This document shows positions 38,847 through 50,378 of a DNA stretch of 64,000 nucleotides, piece by piece. Positions within the stretch are counted from its first letter, which is position 1; each line of letters starts with the position of its first letter. A program made the translations under genes and the position numbers. Below the pieces are notes generated by a model. The model worked only from the letters and a program-made list of their open reading frames with translations. It did not search any database and was not told the DNA's origin. Where the stretch lies: positions 32,488,001-32,552,000 of the forward strand of contig CM060731.1 in NCBI GenBank assembly GCA_030704615.1, read 5' to 3'. This stretch comes from Takakia lepidozioides. Taxonomy: Eukaryota > Plantae > Bryophyta.

Positions 38847-39841
38847 AAGGTCATTTCCATGGTGATTTAAGCTTAGAAGCTTTAATCTTTCCCTTCTTCT
38901 GCAACCAGAGAACCAAATCTCCCATCTTAAAAGTCTTTATCTTGCCTTCATCAAACTGTTCCTTTCTCTTCATCTGAATTCTGGTCATGTTATCAGCTGC
39001 ATCAGCACGTACTTCTTCCACATGGTATAATTCATGTTTTCTGACCTTAATTGAATCTTGCAATTCCATTCTCTTTTCCCATTCCGTTCTCATGGTAGGT
39101 AATAGGAATTCCACTGGAAGTAAAGCTTCCATACCATAAACTAATTGGAATGGTGTATACTTAGTGGTGACTTTATATGAAGTCCTGTATGACCACAAAG
39201 CTGTCAGCAGCTTTGTATCCCAATCCGTTTTGTTTGCATTGACTATCTTAGCCAAGATAGTACATAGTATTTTGTTGGTAGCCTCTGCCTGCCCATTACC
39301 CTGTGGGTAATATGTTGTACTCTTCCTATGCACAATCATGAACTCTTTAGTCAATAATTCAATGGTCTCATTAATGAAGTGACTTCCCTGATCACTGATA
39401 AATTCCAAGGGACAGCCAAATCGTGTAAGTATGTTCTTATACAGGAACCTTGCTGTGGACTTGGTTGTGTTGTCCCTCAAAGCTTTAGCTTCCACCCACT
39501 TCGTAGTATAATCAGTGGCTGTAATTATGTACCTGTTCTGTGTATTCTTGGCTGGTGGGTTAATTGGTCCAACAAAGTCTAGTCCCCATTTCTGAAATGG
39601 TTCCGTAGGCATTGTAGGATGCAAAGCCATCTTCCCAGATCTCTGCAAAGGTCCTAGCCTCTGACATTCATCACAACTCTGACAATACTTGTGTACATCT
39701 TTGAACACAGTAGGCCACCGGTAACCTGCATGTAGTATCTTCCTACTGGTAGTCTCTTCTCCAAAATGACCTCCTGCCACTCCTTTATGAACTTCCTCCA
39801 AAACTTTATTAACTTCATGGTGGTATAAGCATCGCTTCAAA
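38847..39841 (-). mobile_element. Integrase of a different Ty3/gypsy lineage inserted where the protease is expected
   Basis: HKGVAGGH..CQSCDECQ, WGLDFVGP, ISDQGSHF, YPQGNGQAEATN and SPWK*PY. Visibly more AT-rich than its flanks. Confidence 0.85.
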
Positions 39842-42055
39842 ACCCACAGTGGCCGGTACCTCTTGCCTGCCGGTCCACTCAAACAGAAAATGTCATCTTG
39901 GTTGTCTAACATGACAACTCCAAGCGTCACCATGGCGCGTTCAATGGCTGGCCTAGCTGGCAGCTCCATCAACCTAGCAGCTGCAGCTTGCCATGGTGCC
40001 GCCGTGGCAGTCTTGACCCTCAAATCCGAGGATCCCTCCGGCACTACACCTCCCACTATTTCCGCAAAAGATGAAGTAACCTCCCCACTCTCACAGAGTG
40101 TAACTGCCAGCCTGAACACCTCAGCTGGTCTTACCCCCGGCATTGCAATCATGGTAGCCGAGAACAATGGAGCTTGGCACACAGATGTGGCCGCTCCCAG
40201 CAGCACACTAGCTGCCGTAGCCTTGGCAACACTAGGTAGTGGTGCTGCCCGTGTAGCTCTCCCCAATGACATAGTAACCTCCGCCTCGGTAACAGTCGGG
40301 CGAGAACTAGGTGCCATGGATGGCGTCGACACTGTCTCCGCCAATGTGAATAACTGAGGAAGCCTAGCCTGACGGCTTGCCTCCCCACGCTGTGGATCCA
40401 ACTCCACCTCTGCACCTCGTGGCTCAGGAACTCGTGTTGCTCCTCGAGTCACAGCTGCAGCAGACTCCACCTGCACTAGTGGTAGTGCTGCTCCGCACAT
40501 GAATCCCATGCCTCCCATATCTCCTCTCTCAGGAGCAGGAGGTGGACCATCCGGCCTTGGAGCCGGTACCACCTGAGCTGTAGCCATGGCAGCGAGCCGC
40601 TGCTCTATCTGCTGAAGCCGGTTGGCCATGCCTTGGTCAACACCTTGACCTCCGCGTCCTTGGCCATGTTGAGCTTGCCCTTGGCCTGCACCCCGTGCCT
40701 GGCCACCTCGTCCTCTCTGGGCTGCTCCACCTCGCCCCCGACCACCATTGTTCCCTTGGAACTGGCCTGGGCGCAACTCAATAACATTGGGCCTCTCCAT
40801 GCCCGTGTTTGTCACAATGCCCACACTGCAACTGTGTAGGCTGTGCATATGCCGGCCCTTTGCCTCCCTCTGGTCAATCCTTCTTGACATGGGGTCCTCC
40901 ACATGTCCAACACACCACCTCTACCCGTTGTTGACCTGCAAATGAAGGGAGAGACCCCTGCATCTGAGGTCCTCTCTGTCCTTCCCTGGGCTTCACCTGG
41001 ACCCCATTGTTGCCTTGAGCACGTTGAGGTAGTGGTTGGCTAGGAGCACCATTACCCCGTGGTGTCTCTTTAGCAAATCCCACCATGACCACTTGTTCCT
41101 CCACCATGTTGAGCTCTATCCGCTCTGCCAGCAAAAACACATTTGCTAAAGTGGGTTGGGCCGTTTGTAGGAGAGTTGCATCCCGCACCCTTCTCCGCAG
41201 CTCCTTGTCCAATATCCCATACCAAAATTGGACTGCCTGAGCTTCCGTAACCCCTTGGGTTACATTTATCAAGCGCCTCATGCAAGTGAAAGCCTTCCTC
41301 AAGCTCTCAGTAGGCTTCCGTTGGAACGCTTGCAAGCTCCGCAACTTCTCTGTCCTCACCCCTTGGTAGTTCCCTCTCAACTCTTCGAAGAACTCCACAA
41401 CAGGGTTGAAGGCAGGCACGGGTACTGGTGCTGGTGCGGTAGTGGCTTGGGTGGACGTTGTAGCTACGGTACCACCAGTCCCACTGCTGCTTGCTGAAGC
41501 TGCCGGTATAGCGGCAGGTGTAGCCACTGCCCTCGTGGCTCTAGTGCCCCTAATGATGGAGACATAGTCGGGTGACCAGTACATCCTCCACTCCTCAATC
41601 TCAACCTCATGCCCCCACCTGAACTCATGGTAATCATCCATAGGCGGCCCCTCAAGATGTTGAAACAACCCCTTCCATGCCATGAAAGGCGTAAATAGTT
41701 GTGGATTGCGCATTTGCTGCAAATCACACCAACTATCAAACTCTTGGATAAAATCATCCAACTCGATGGTGCCCACCGCCCCAGAGTACCTTCGTGGCCC
41801 CTTGGTAGCTCCATACATCTCCTCCATTGTGTCCCACAACAATGGCAAGGAAGCAACTTGCACCGCCGGTGTGAGTCCTCCTGATTCACAATCCGAATCA
41901 GAACCTTCCGTAAAAGACACAGGAGGTGAAGGTGGCCTAAACCGCACACCTCGTCTCATGTACCCACTAGTATCGCTAGTGCTCGAACCGGCATTGTCCC
42001 CAGCAACTAGTGGCACATCCGTGTTGACAAACTGTCACTCAACCGGTCATGAACA

Positions 42056-44535
42056 TGTCCCTAACCCCCTGTCCACAAGGTAACCGGGTAGAGAACTTGT
42101 TGCGGCTTATGGTTTGGAATACTAGGTTCCTAACATAGCCTACACCTGCACCTGCATCCACTGCAAGCACTCCTATGGTTGGCTGATCATCACCTCCAAC
42201 CTCACCACAGGAGAAACAATGATGGTCTGACTGGTCATCACCCCAGTCTTACCATCGACAACATGCTCTAGGACTGGCCGGTGATCAAATCCGGACCAAT
42301 CACCTATAAAAACAAGCGCCCACACAAAACTAACATGGCGCACAGTCAAGCATGCAGGTATGGAGGGGATCCAAACATAAGAAATCAGAACGACAACTCC
42401 CTCACACCAAAAACAACTCCACGGTGTTGCTCCTGCCCAAACCCGGACTGACTCTTGCCTCCACCTACAGAAAGGTCTTGGCCTAATGAGAGGGTGGAAA
42501 ACTACGAGGAAGAGAAGCTAAAGCAATGCCTAACCCCAGCATGCCCTCATCCCAATACTCTTCCTCTCCTATCTTCCCTCACTTGCATGACCATGGGAAT
42601 ATCATGAAGATACTCCTCGAACCGCCCTCCACGTGCCACATGCCAGTCCTCAAGTAGTCCACCAGTGCCTCCACGAGTTAGCATAGGCCGTCCACATGTC
42701 AACATGGCCCACCACAGACCAGCACAGGCCCACACAGATCACTGGTCACAACCATTACAACCCCACACAAGCCACAGGCCACAGGTCACAGCCCGTCACA
42801 GCCTACACAGGCCATAGGGGTCACAGCCCCAAAGGCCATAGGCACAGCCTGTCACAGCCCCCAACAACCCTAAAGGCTACAGGCACGGCCTGTCACAGCC
42901 CTACAAAGGTCACAGGGGTCACAGCCCCTCACAGCCCTACACAGGTCATAGGGGTCATAGCCCCAAAGGCCACAGCCTGTCACAGCCCCTCACAGCCCCT
43001 CACAGCCCCTCAGGCCACAGGGCACAGCCTGTCACAGCCCATCACAGGCCACAGGGCACAACCTGTCACAGCCCCATAGGCCACCTATCACAGCCCATCA
43101 CAGCCCTACACAGGTCACACGATCACGGCCCTACATGCCACAGCCCGTCACAACCCGTCATAGCCCCATCCATGGCCACTCATGGCAGTTTAGCCATTTC
43201 TCCAAGGGTTTAGCCACGCCAAGCTATGGTTTGTGTCTCTTGGACTCTAGGCTTCTTTGCACCGAGCTATGGCGGCTGTGATGAAATCAGCAAGGTATTC
43301 TTGCTCTTTCGGCTCCCACACACCACCAATAGTAGCCCTAAGCCATGAGGAAGATGGTTGCCACAAACCAAGCCTTATTTTTCACTTAGACTCCCCAAAC
43401 ACGCCACTAAACTCAATGGCAAACAACCAAGCCTTGCTGGTTTCCAGCCTTTGTGAGCACTCATTCAAGCGTTTTCCTTGGCCATAGCATCTGTCTTAGA
43501 GCCTATTCCAGTCCCCTACACCTGCCACTTCAAGAGCCATGGTCTATCTAGGCTTGAGGTTGAAACCCCATCTCACATATGCCCTACAAGTGCTTTTCTT
43601 TCACCCAAGTCGAAACCAACCCTAGCCCTTCCGTTCTAGCTCTCTAAAGCTTGAAAACAAGAGCCTCAATGGGCTCCCAATGGGCTGAAGGCATGCTCCA
43701 CAGATGCCCCAGTCTCACCATAAGAGAATCAGCTCATTTGCTTCATTTCTTGCACCCACAAACAATACAAGCTTCAGCGGGCTGAAAGCATGCTACACAC
43801 ATGCCCTACAAGGAAACCAGCCCCTTCCTTCCTTTCTTGCACTCCCAAACCTGAAAGCACAAGCCTTCAACAGGCTGAAAGCATGCTCCACACATGCATT
43901 GCCCTCACATAAGGGAAGTCAGCCCTTCCCTCTTCCTTGCTTGCCCTCCAAGCTTGAAGATGGAAGCTTCAGTGAGCTGAATACATGCTCCACACATGCA
44001 ACCCCTTCACACAAGAGGTATCAGCCCCCTATCTTGGCTCCTTGGCTCCTTGATGCTCTCTAAGACAAGACTAAGCACTTCACAGCCTTTGCCAAGCTCC
44101 TGAAACCCTAAAGCTTACATTCCAGCCACAAGACACTCCTCTTGTGGTGCAAGAGCTCTTCTTCCAAGCTCTGAAACCCTAGGTGCACATTCCATGGCCT
44201 TGCCGCACCTCTTAGTTCATGTTCCAGCCCTGCTCTTGCCATGACAAGAGCATTCTCAATGCTGAAGCTCGAAATTGAAACCCAATCTCAACATACTCCA
44301 CAAAGTGCACTAATTTGCCCAAGCCAGATCAGCCCTTTCGCTTGGTCTTCCAATCCTTCACACAATGAAAGCTCGCATTCCCAAGTCCAGTTCTCAGTTT
44401 TGCCACCAAAGCCACTATAACCTGCTCTTGACTGGTCCTCTTCCCAATCGTGCTTGCTCATGCATGTACATAATCTAAAATCCTGCAGAATTTTACAAGG
44501 AGAGGGGCGAGGCAGGATTGACCACCTACGTGACA
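42056..44535. mobile_element. Probable long LTR, family B (~2.5 kb), with an internal CACAGCCC minisatellite
   Basis: TGTC...TGACA ends; the first ~500 bp match 62662-63120; minisatellite at 42750-43170. No TSD or PBS found. Confidence 0.55.
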
Positions 44536-45918
44536 ACTTTCTATTGGTGCATGCAACAGTCGGCTTTAGTCATTCCAAAAATAAAATGACATTTTGATGA
44601 GGATCATAGGAACTCATTTTCTCAAGGCTCGGATAGAAAACTTTTTTGGATTTCTGTACACTTTTTGACAATGTTAGAAACTCTATGTTCTGGCCCATAT
44701 TTGAACCCCTCAAGGAACACATCCACAGGAGCATGTAGCATCCTTTGGCAATTTGGCATGAAATTTCGTGCATGCTTGCATACCTTGGAATAGGATATGG
44801 CCATGGGATATGACCCCCACCAAAGCCCTATAATCTTAAAAAAATTGTAGTGGAATTCTTTGCAATTTGGTATGTGGATGTGTGTGGTAGGTAGCAACTA
44901 ATTTATAAGGTTTATATTTTTGGATGTACTATGGGAGGTGGGTAGCTTAGTTATACTGTCCAGGGGTAGGAAATTTAAAGGGAAAAAAAACTCTATCTGT
45001 AGGAAGTTAAAGTTAACCACTTATACTTTACCACTGTACATTATTATTTCAATCCACATCATAAGGGGGCTGCCAAAGCTGCAAGATATTTTCAAATGTG
45101 TGAAGGCAATGCCTCTGTTTGGACAAGCCCCGTGTAGGTGTGAACAGGTATGTGTTGTGAGTCTTGTTTTCTAAGGTAGCGGTGGAATCTGTATGCCGCT
45201 CATGTGATTATCCTACCATTTGGCTAGAATATCTATTAATTCAAAATACAGATTACGAAGATGCTTGTATGCTGAAATGTATGTAGTTATGAGCAAGTAT
45301 CAATTTGTATGTACTCAGTCGTGTGGTTTTAAATTGTCTTGCATTGCTCTTTGAAGGTTGGGGCTGGTGTCGTGGTTGGCATACACGCAGGTCTTACCCA
45401 CAAACCCTCTAGTGTATAGGTGAGACGTCATGTATACATAGTCACGCTCACATTTTCTTATGCTGGAAATGATTTCATGAGCAGCTTGTTCTACAACTCC
45501 AATGTGGAAGGTATTTATTTTGTGCAGGTTTGAGCAACTGGAGAGGATGCCATGCAGGCGAGTTTGAAGGCCAACAACACAGGTCTTCCACAGGTGATTC
45601 ATTCATGATGTGATTGAATTTCTTGCTGATTCATACAACGCTTGTTTCGTGTATAATGAAATTGAGACACTATTGAGCATGTTGTTGCTAAATATTCTAA
45701 TTGCATGACGTTCTTGATCGTGTGTGTAGATTGGAGGTGCTGGCAATGATGCCGTACAAACAGCTGGGAAGTCCAAGCATGGGCACAACCCACAGGTAAG
45801 CACGTATGACCTCGCAAGATTGGCCCTATAGTGTCCACTTCATTTGACTGTCTGGTTGAGTGCTGTGCTTAGGGCATGACCAGCAATGGCTCACTAAAAC
45901 TGCCACTCATTCACTATG

Positions 45919-48900
45919 TTAGTCAGGCGTATGGTGAGGCAGGCAAGGTGGATAGTGCGTGGGCTGGAAAGAGCCCCAGCAACAACCCACCATTTCCATA
46001 GTAAAGTTATGGCGCCAGGCTGAGGTGAACCCTAGGCCCCGCCTCCTCCCACACCACTCGTCAGTACATGTGAGGCTGAGTAGCAACGGATCTTGTGGTA
46101 GTGCGGGAAACAACGACGCTACCGCGTGAGCATGTGAGCGTACGCTCACACAATGATGACGTGGCGTGATGAATGTAGGAGTTGCAGTGCATTCTTTCCC
46201 TCTGGATATTAATGATGTACATTTTTCATGATTGGTGGCCCTGATCGCCGCACATTTCACACGCGATCCAGCACTTGTGCGTTCTGTATGCCACACCTCG
46301 TCCAAGCACATGGACTCCATTACATGCGGCACCACGTTCTGGTCTTCAGCCATTGCAGTGACAATGCTTGATGCAGGGGTCCGGTCTGGGGCTGAATGGC
46401 CCTCACCTGTGGATGTTCCGCAATTCCATCTCTGATCCAAGGGAACACGTGGCATCGAGAAGTTGACCCTGTCCGCCCTATGGGAATCTGCATCCGATCC
46501 GGGAGGGGTGTCCAATTTCCGTTTGCAAGACCCGAATCTCTCTTCGCCTTCCAGATGGGGAACTCTTCCCACGAGAGGGGTGCCATCTGCACATATGCTC
46601 ACTGCCCGCGCTATTTTGCTTGGATCCCCCGATCTTCTGGCTGCCCGCAACATCAACTCGCTCCTGTCCGGGCCTTTGCCACCAAGGCCACCCCTCAAGA
46701 ATGACCTGTATCTGGTTTGCTGCTGCAGAGCACGAATAAGGTCATCGGCCGTGGCCGCATACAAATCTCTTCCCTTTTTGCTGGATTGCTACAACCAGGC
46801 ATTCTGCACTGTCTCCGCTAGATTGCAAGAAGGCATGTCCGCCATCTCCTCAATGGACATATGCTGCAAGACGAAAAAACACAAAGCTGATATTAGGATG
46901 GGACCGTGAAAGATATATCCGAAGCACCCAAAGGAAGGTGAATGCAAACCGCTCACCGTTGTCATGGCCGCTCCCCACTGTCGATAACAGAAGTGCCAAA
47001 ATGCAAACCAGTCTTCCAGTGCCCTCATGATGTCCTCCGATGCCGCTCCAGATGAGTACCACCAGGCACGAATTATCTGGAACAATGTATTCGCTTCCCC
47101 CATAGTTTTGGCGTCTTTGTACTGTTTGCATAGTTGACGATGCATACTCTGCATATCTAGCTTGATGTCTGCCTTTGTGTGTTTGTCCAGGGATTGTGTC
47201 CAATGGAAAAGACATGTACGTTCTCTTCCAAGCATTGGCACTTTTGGATCTCCCGTCTCGAACACAATGCGGACAGTGTTAAAGTTAGCTTGAGCACTAT
47301 CGGCCATGAAACCAACAAAATTGGGAGATGGGAGACCACTGGAGGCCATAACACGAATGAGAGCTTCCCATGTGAGCTGCTGTGAATCTGTGTCCTCTGA
47401 CTGCATGTCACACACTGCAATTGTCATGACACGCTGGTACACAGGGTCGTAAACATGACATGCCATTGTGGTCCAGTCTTTAACTGTCACGGCCCTTTAC
47501 CTTGAGGGCAGGGGGTTGGGACACGAGAGGGGCTGCCCTTATGGTGGGGGTGGTGGCAACAATAGATGCGGGGGCTGAAGCACCCTTGAGTGCCCAAGGC
47601 ACTCAAGGAGCCAGAGGCGCTCACTAGGTCGAGCCCCGCACACCGGGTTGCGGTGGGGGTGGTTCCACGAGGGGTGGTGGTAGCTTAGCGGGACTTAGTG
47701 GGGGTGGCATAAGACTCACCATGGGGCGGAGACCTTGTGGTGGGAGTCGTGGGGAGTCTTGGGACTCATCACGGTCCAATGGGGCCGTGGTGGGTGGGCC
47801 AAGACTCACCTTGACTCATCACCGGGAATCGAGGGTCTTCGTGGTGGTTCGCCATAAAAGGATGGTGTTGTTTGTGGAACCCCCACGGACAGTCACAAAA
47901 GTATATATAGGGAGTAGTAACCCCGAGAACGGTGCAAGCCCGTTGGTGACCAAAAACTAGTGAGTAACCAAGCGAGCCGGAAAGCGACCAAGAAGTGGGG
48001 AGCTATTCCGGACTGCTAACTACCAAAGGGAATTTCCACTAGGCCCAAATTGGTGGAGGGTCTGTTGGGGGAGAAAAGGGGGACTGTTATGTCCCGGTGA
48101 GCAGCCGAAGCTCCAAGTTGGCCCGGCGGCCAGGTTGGGAGTTAGGCGCGCGCATCAAAGCGAGTAACTATGACTTAAAGGGGAGCTTACCGAAGTGAGG
48201 TGCGCGATATTAACCCTCTTGACGTGATCGAACATAAGGAAGCAGTTGCCAAGATCGCCACCCGTCTACATACCTTTAACCAAGCTGACTCCGCTGCCCT
48301 CACCTTTCGTGGACATTTTGAACAGGAATACTTTCCTGGCTCCTTGTCCCGGGAAAACGCTGTCTTGGATGTAGTCGTACATGCTCCTTTTCTTCAAATC
48401 CATAATATTGTCCATATAACCTCGGCTCCCAGAGCCCATTCTTAAAGCGTTCACCTGATTCCTAATGTTTGGAGAAGTCAAAGTCGAGAAATGGTCCATA
48501 ACAATGTTCAAAGCTAGTCCCTCCAGTTTTCCTCCAACCGAATCCGATGCACACAAAATACGGCTTTCCAGAAAGGACTTGCTCGCCCCCATGGCAATTG
48601 CAGATGTAGTTCCAGTTGGATTGGTATCCAACTCTTGCCTTATATCAGACGCGAGACTGTCTCAACGCTCTCCCTGTAATCCCCCTTGGACACAGGGTGG
48701 TTGTGAAAACCGAAATGGACACAGGCTCTAGTCAGAGTTTTGAATCGATGCACCACATAGTACATTCTGGCGCCACACAATGCAAGGCAGCAAGGTGGTA
48801 GCCTACAAAACTTGCACACAAAAGTGTTACTGTATGGTGGTGTCACCCCAGGCTTGAATGGATTCTCAGTGACACCATCCCATTCGCTTTGGTTTTGCAC

Positions 48901-49680
48901 ACCTGACAGTGTGAAGTGTCTACATTTTATGTTCTCGCATTTAAAGTGCCCATTACAGACTGTTCGCCTGAATATGAGGTTGTCATGGTTGTGAATATTG
49001 GAGGTTTTTGTGCGGCACCAAGGGTGCCCATCGTGTTTTTTGTCCAATCCTTCCATGAGACTGGAAATGCCCCCCACGCGACCCGGAGGAGGCAGCTCAA
49101 AAACAGTATTACCATCAAAAGATTCCGGCAAGAATGCCACCCTCTGAACATTGAAAGTGCTCCAGTCAATCCCCCTCAACTCGCTCTTGAATCCTGCCAT
49201 CCCACCCATGGCTTTCAGTTTTGGAATGACACTGGTGATCTCCTCCACATCTGCTTCCTGATCTGGACATGGCTGATCCACGGGCGGTATTTCACAGGCG
49301 TCATCGGAGGATGAGTCCGAAAGCTCAACTACAATGTTAACGGTACTTGACTCTTTCTTGACAACCACGGGTGTTTTCTCCTGGGCCACTGATGCTGCCG
49401 TGCCAGGAGTAAAGAACAATCCTGCAGACTGTCTCCGAGGAGCACTGAGCACCCTGTATCTGCCTGGAGGCACTCTCCATTGTGTGGTTGGTGCAGTATG
49501 CGAAGGTTTCTGGAACGCGTACTTGAGCAGTTTTCCATTGGCATCGTACACTTCCCTCTCTAGAGTTCCATTTTCCAACCAAAACTGCGTTGCGAGCACG
49601 TGTTCATGCACCACCGCAAAACCGTCATCTCCACCTCGTAAGAAAATGGCACAGGGTGGTCCTCATTGAAGAAGTCCGCG
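45919..49680 (-). pseudogene. Second GCM-like MULE transposase (element 2), split by a solo LTR
   Basis: DGHPWCRTKT..CNGHFKC..CKFC..HFGFHNHP; LMFDHVKRV|KDWTTMACHVYD; FMADSAQA; CLFHW; PSCNLAET. Collinear with the element-1 transposase. Confidence 0.85.
47485..48209. mobile_element. Family-A solo LTR with 5-bp TSD TTAAC
   Basis: TTAAC at 47480-47484 and 48210-48214; TG...TA ends (expected CA). Excision restores the transposase frame. Confidence 0.92.
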
Positions 49681-50378
49681 TCAAGGGAGCGCACGGCCTG
49701 GGAGGCCATCTGTCAATGTTGCTTCAAAGCGCACAGTTCACAGTCCAATGTTGCTTCTGATTGTAGGTTGTACTAGAGAGGAGTTTTTTGGCTGTATAGA
49801 AGACGTCCTTACACACAATTGCAGGTGTCGCTTTCGCATGCAGGTCTCCTAACGCGGTTCGGCACATCAAAGAAATTTGTCCCCATGCGAACCAAATGAA
49901 AGGTCACAGAGTGCCCAAATGCGGAGTGGATAATATCAGCCCCAATTAAAGAATCCAATTGTTTTTTCACAGGTGCCCCACCGGTGCATTGGACAACGAA
50001 TTCCGCAAGTTTGACTGACAGAGCCGCCATTTGGCTGTCATGTCAGAGAGTCCAAATGAGGTGCCCATTTCCATTCAATGTTAACGGCACCTGCACCGCT
50101 GTACAACTGTACCAACTGCACACTCCTCTGAAACATCCCAAAAGCGGATACCCAAAGGTGGACCCGAACGAATTTCGGTGGATGAGAAACTAATGATTTC
50201 CGGCTCAGATATTCATAACGGTTAGATGGACACGTGTTCGCCATGCATGTGGAATGAGCATATGGCACATAGGTCGAGCTATAATCTTGGCGTGGATGGC
50301 CTTGCGGTGAACCTCCCGTAGTGTCTTTTTTTCCTTCTTCTCCTTACTCTCCTTGCAACCCTGGATTCTGCAGAGACG

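Larger units (their letters stand above)
34899..42016 (-). mobile_element. Degenerate Ty3/gypsy internal region: gag - [foreign integrase] - C5 DNA methyltransferase - RT - RNase H - integrase
   Basis: gag 42016-~40780 with CCHC knuckles; RT LDLRSGYHQ, PFGLKNAP and YIDD (37229-36430); RNase H TDWS..YASR..ECLA; integrase HHCC plus DDE start, truncated at 34899. Confidence 0.9.

Noticed and set aside
42056-44535. 5' LTR of the DNMT-carrying gypsy element
   Set aside because: There is no TGG-type primer-binding site between it and gag, only ~40 bp separate them, and no matching 3' copy exists. It is more likely a separate insertion.
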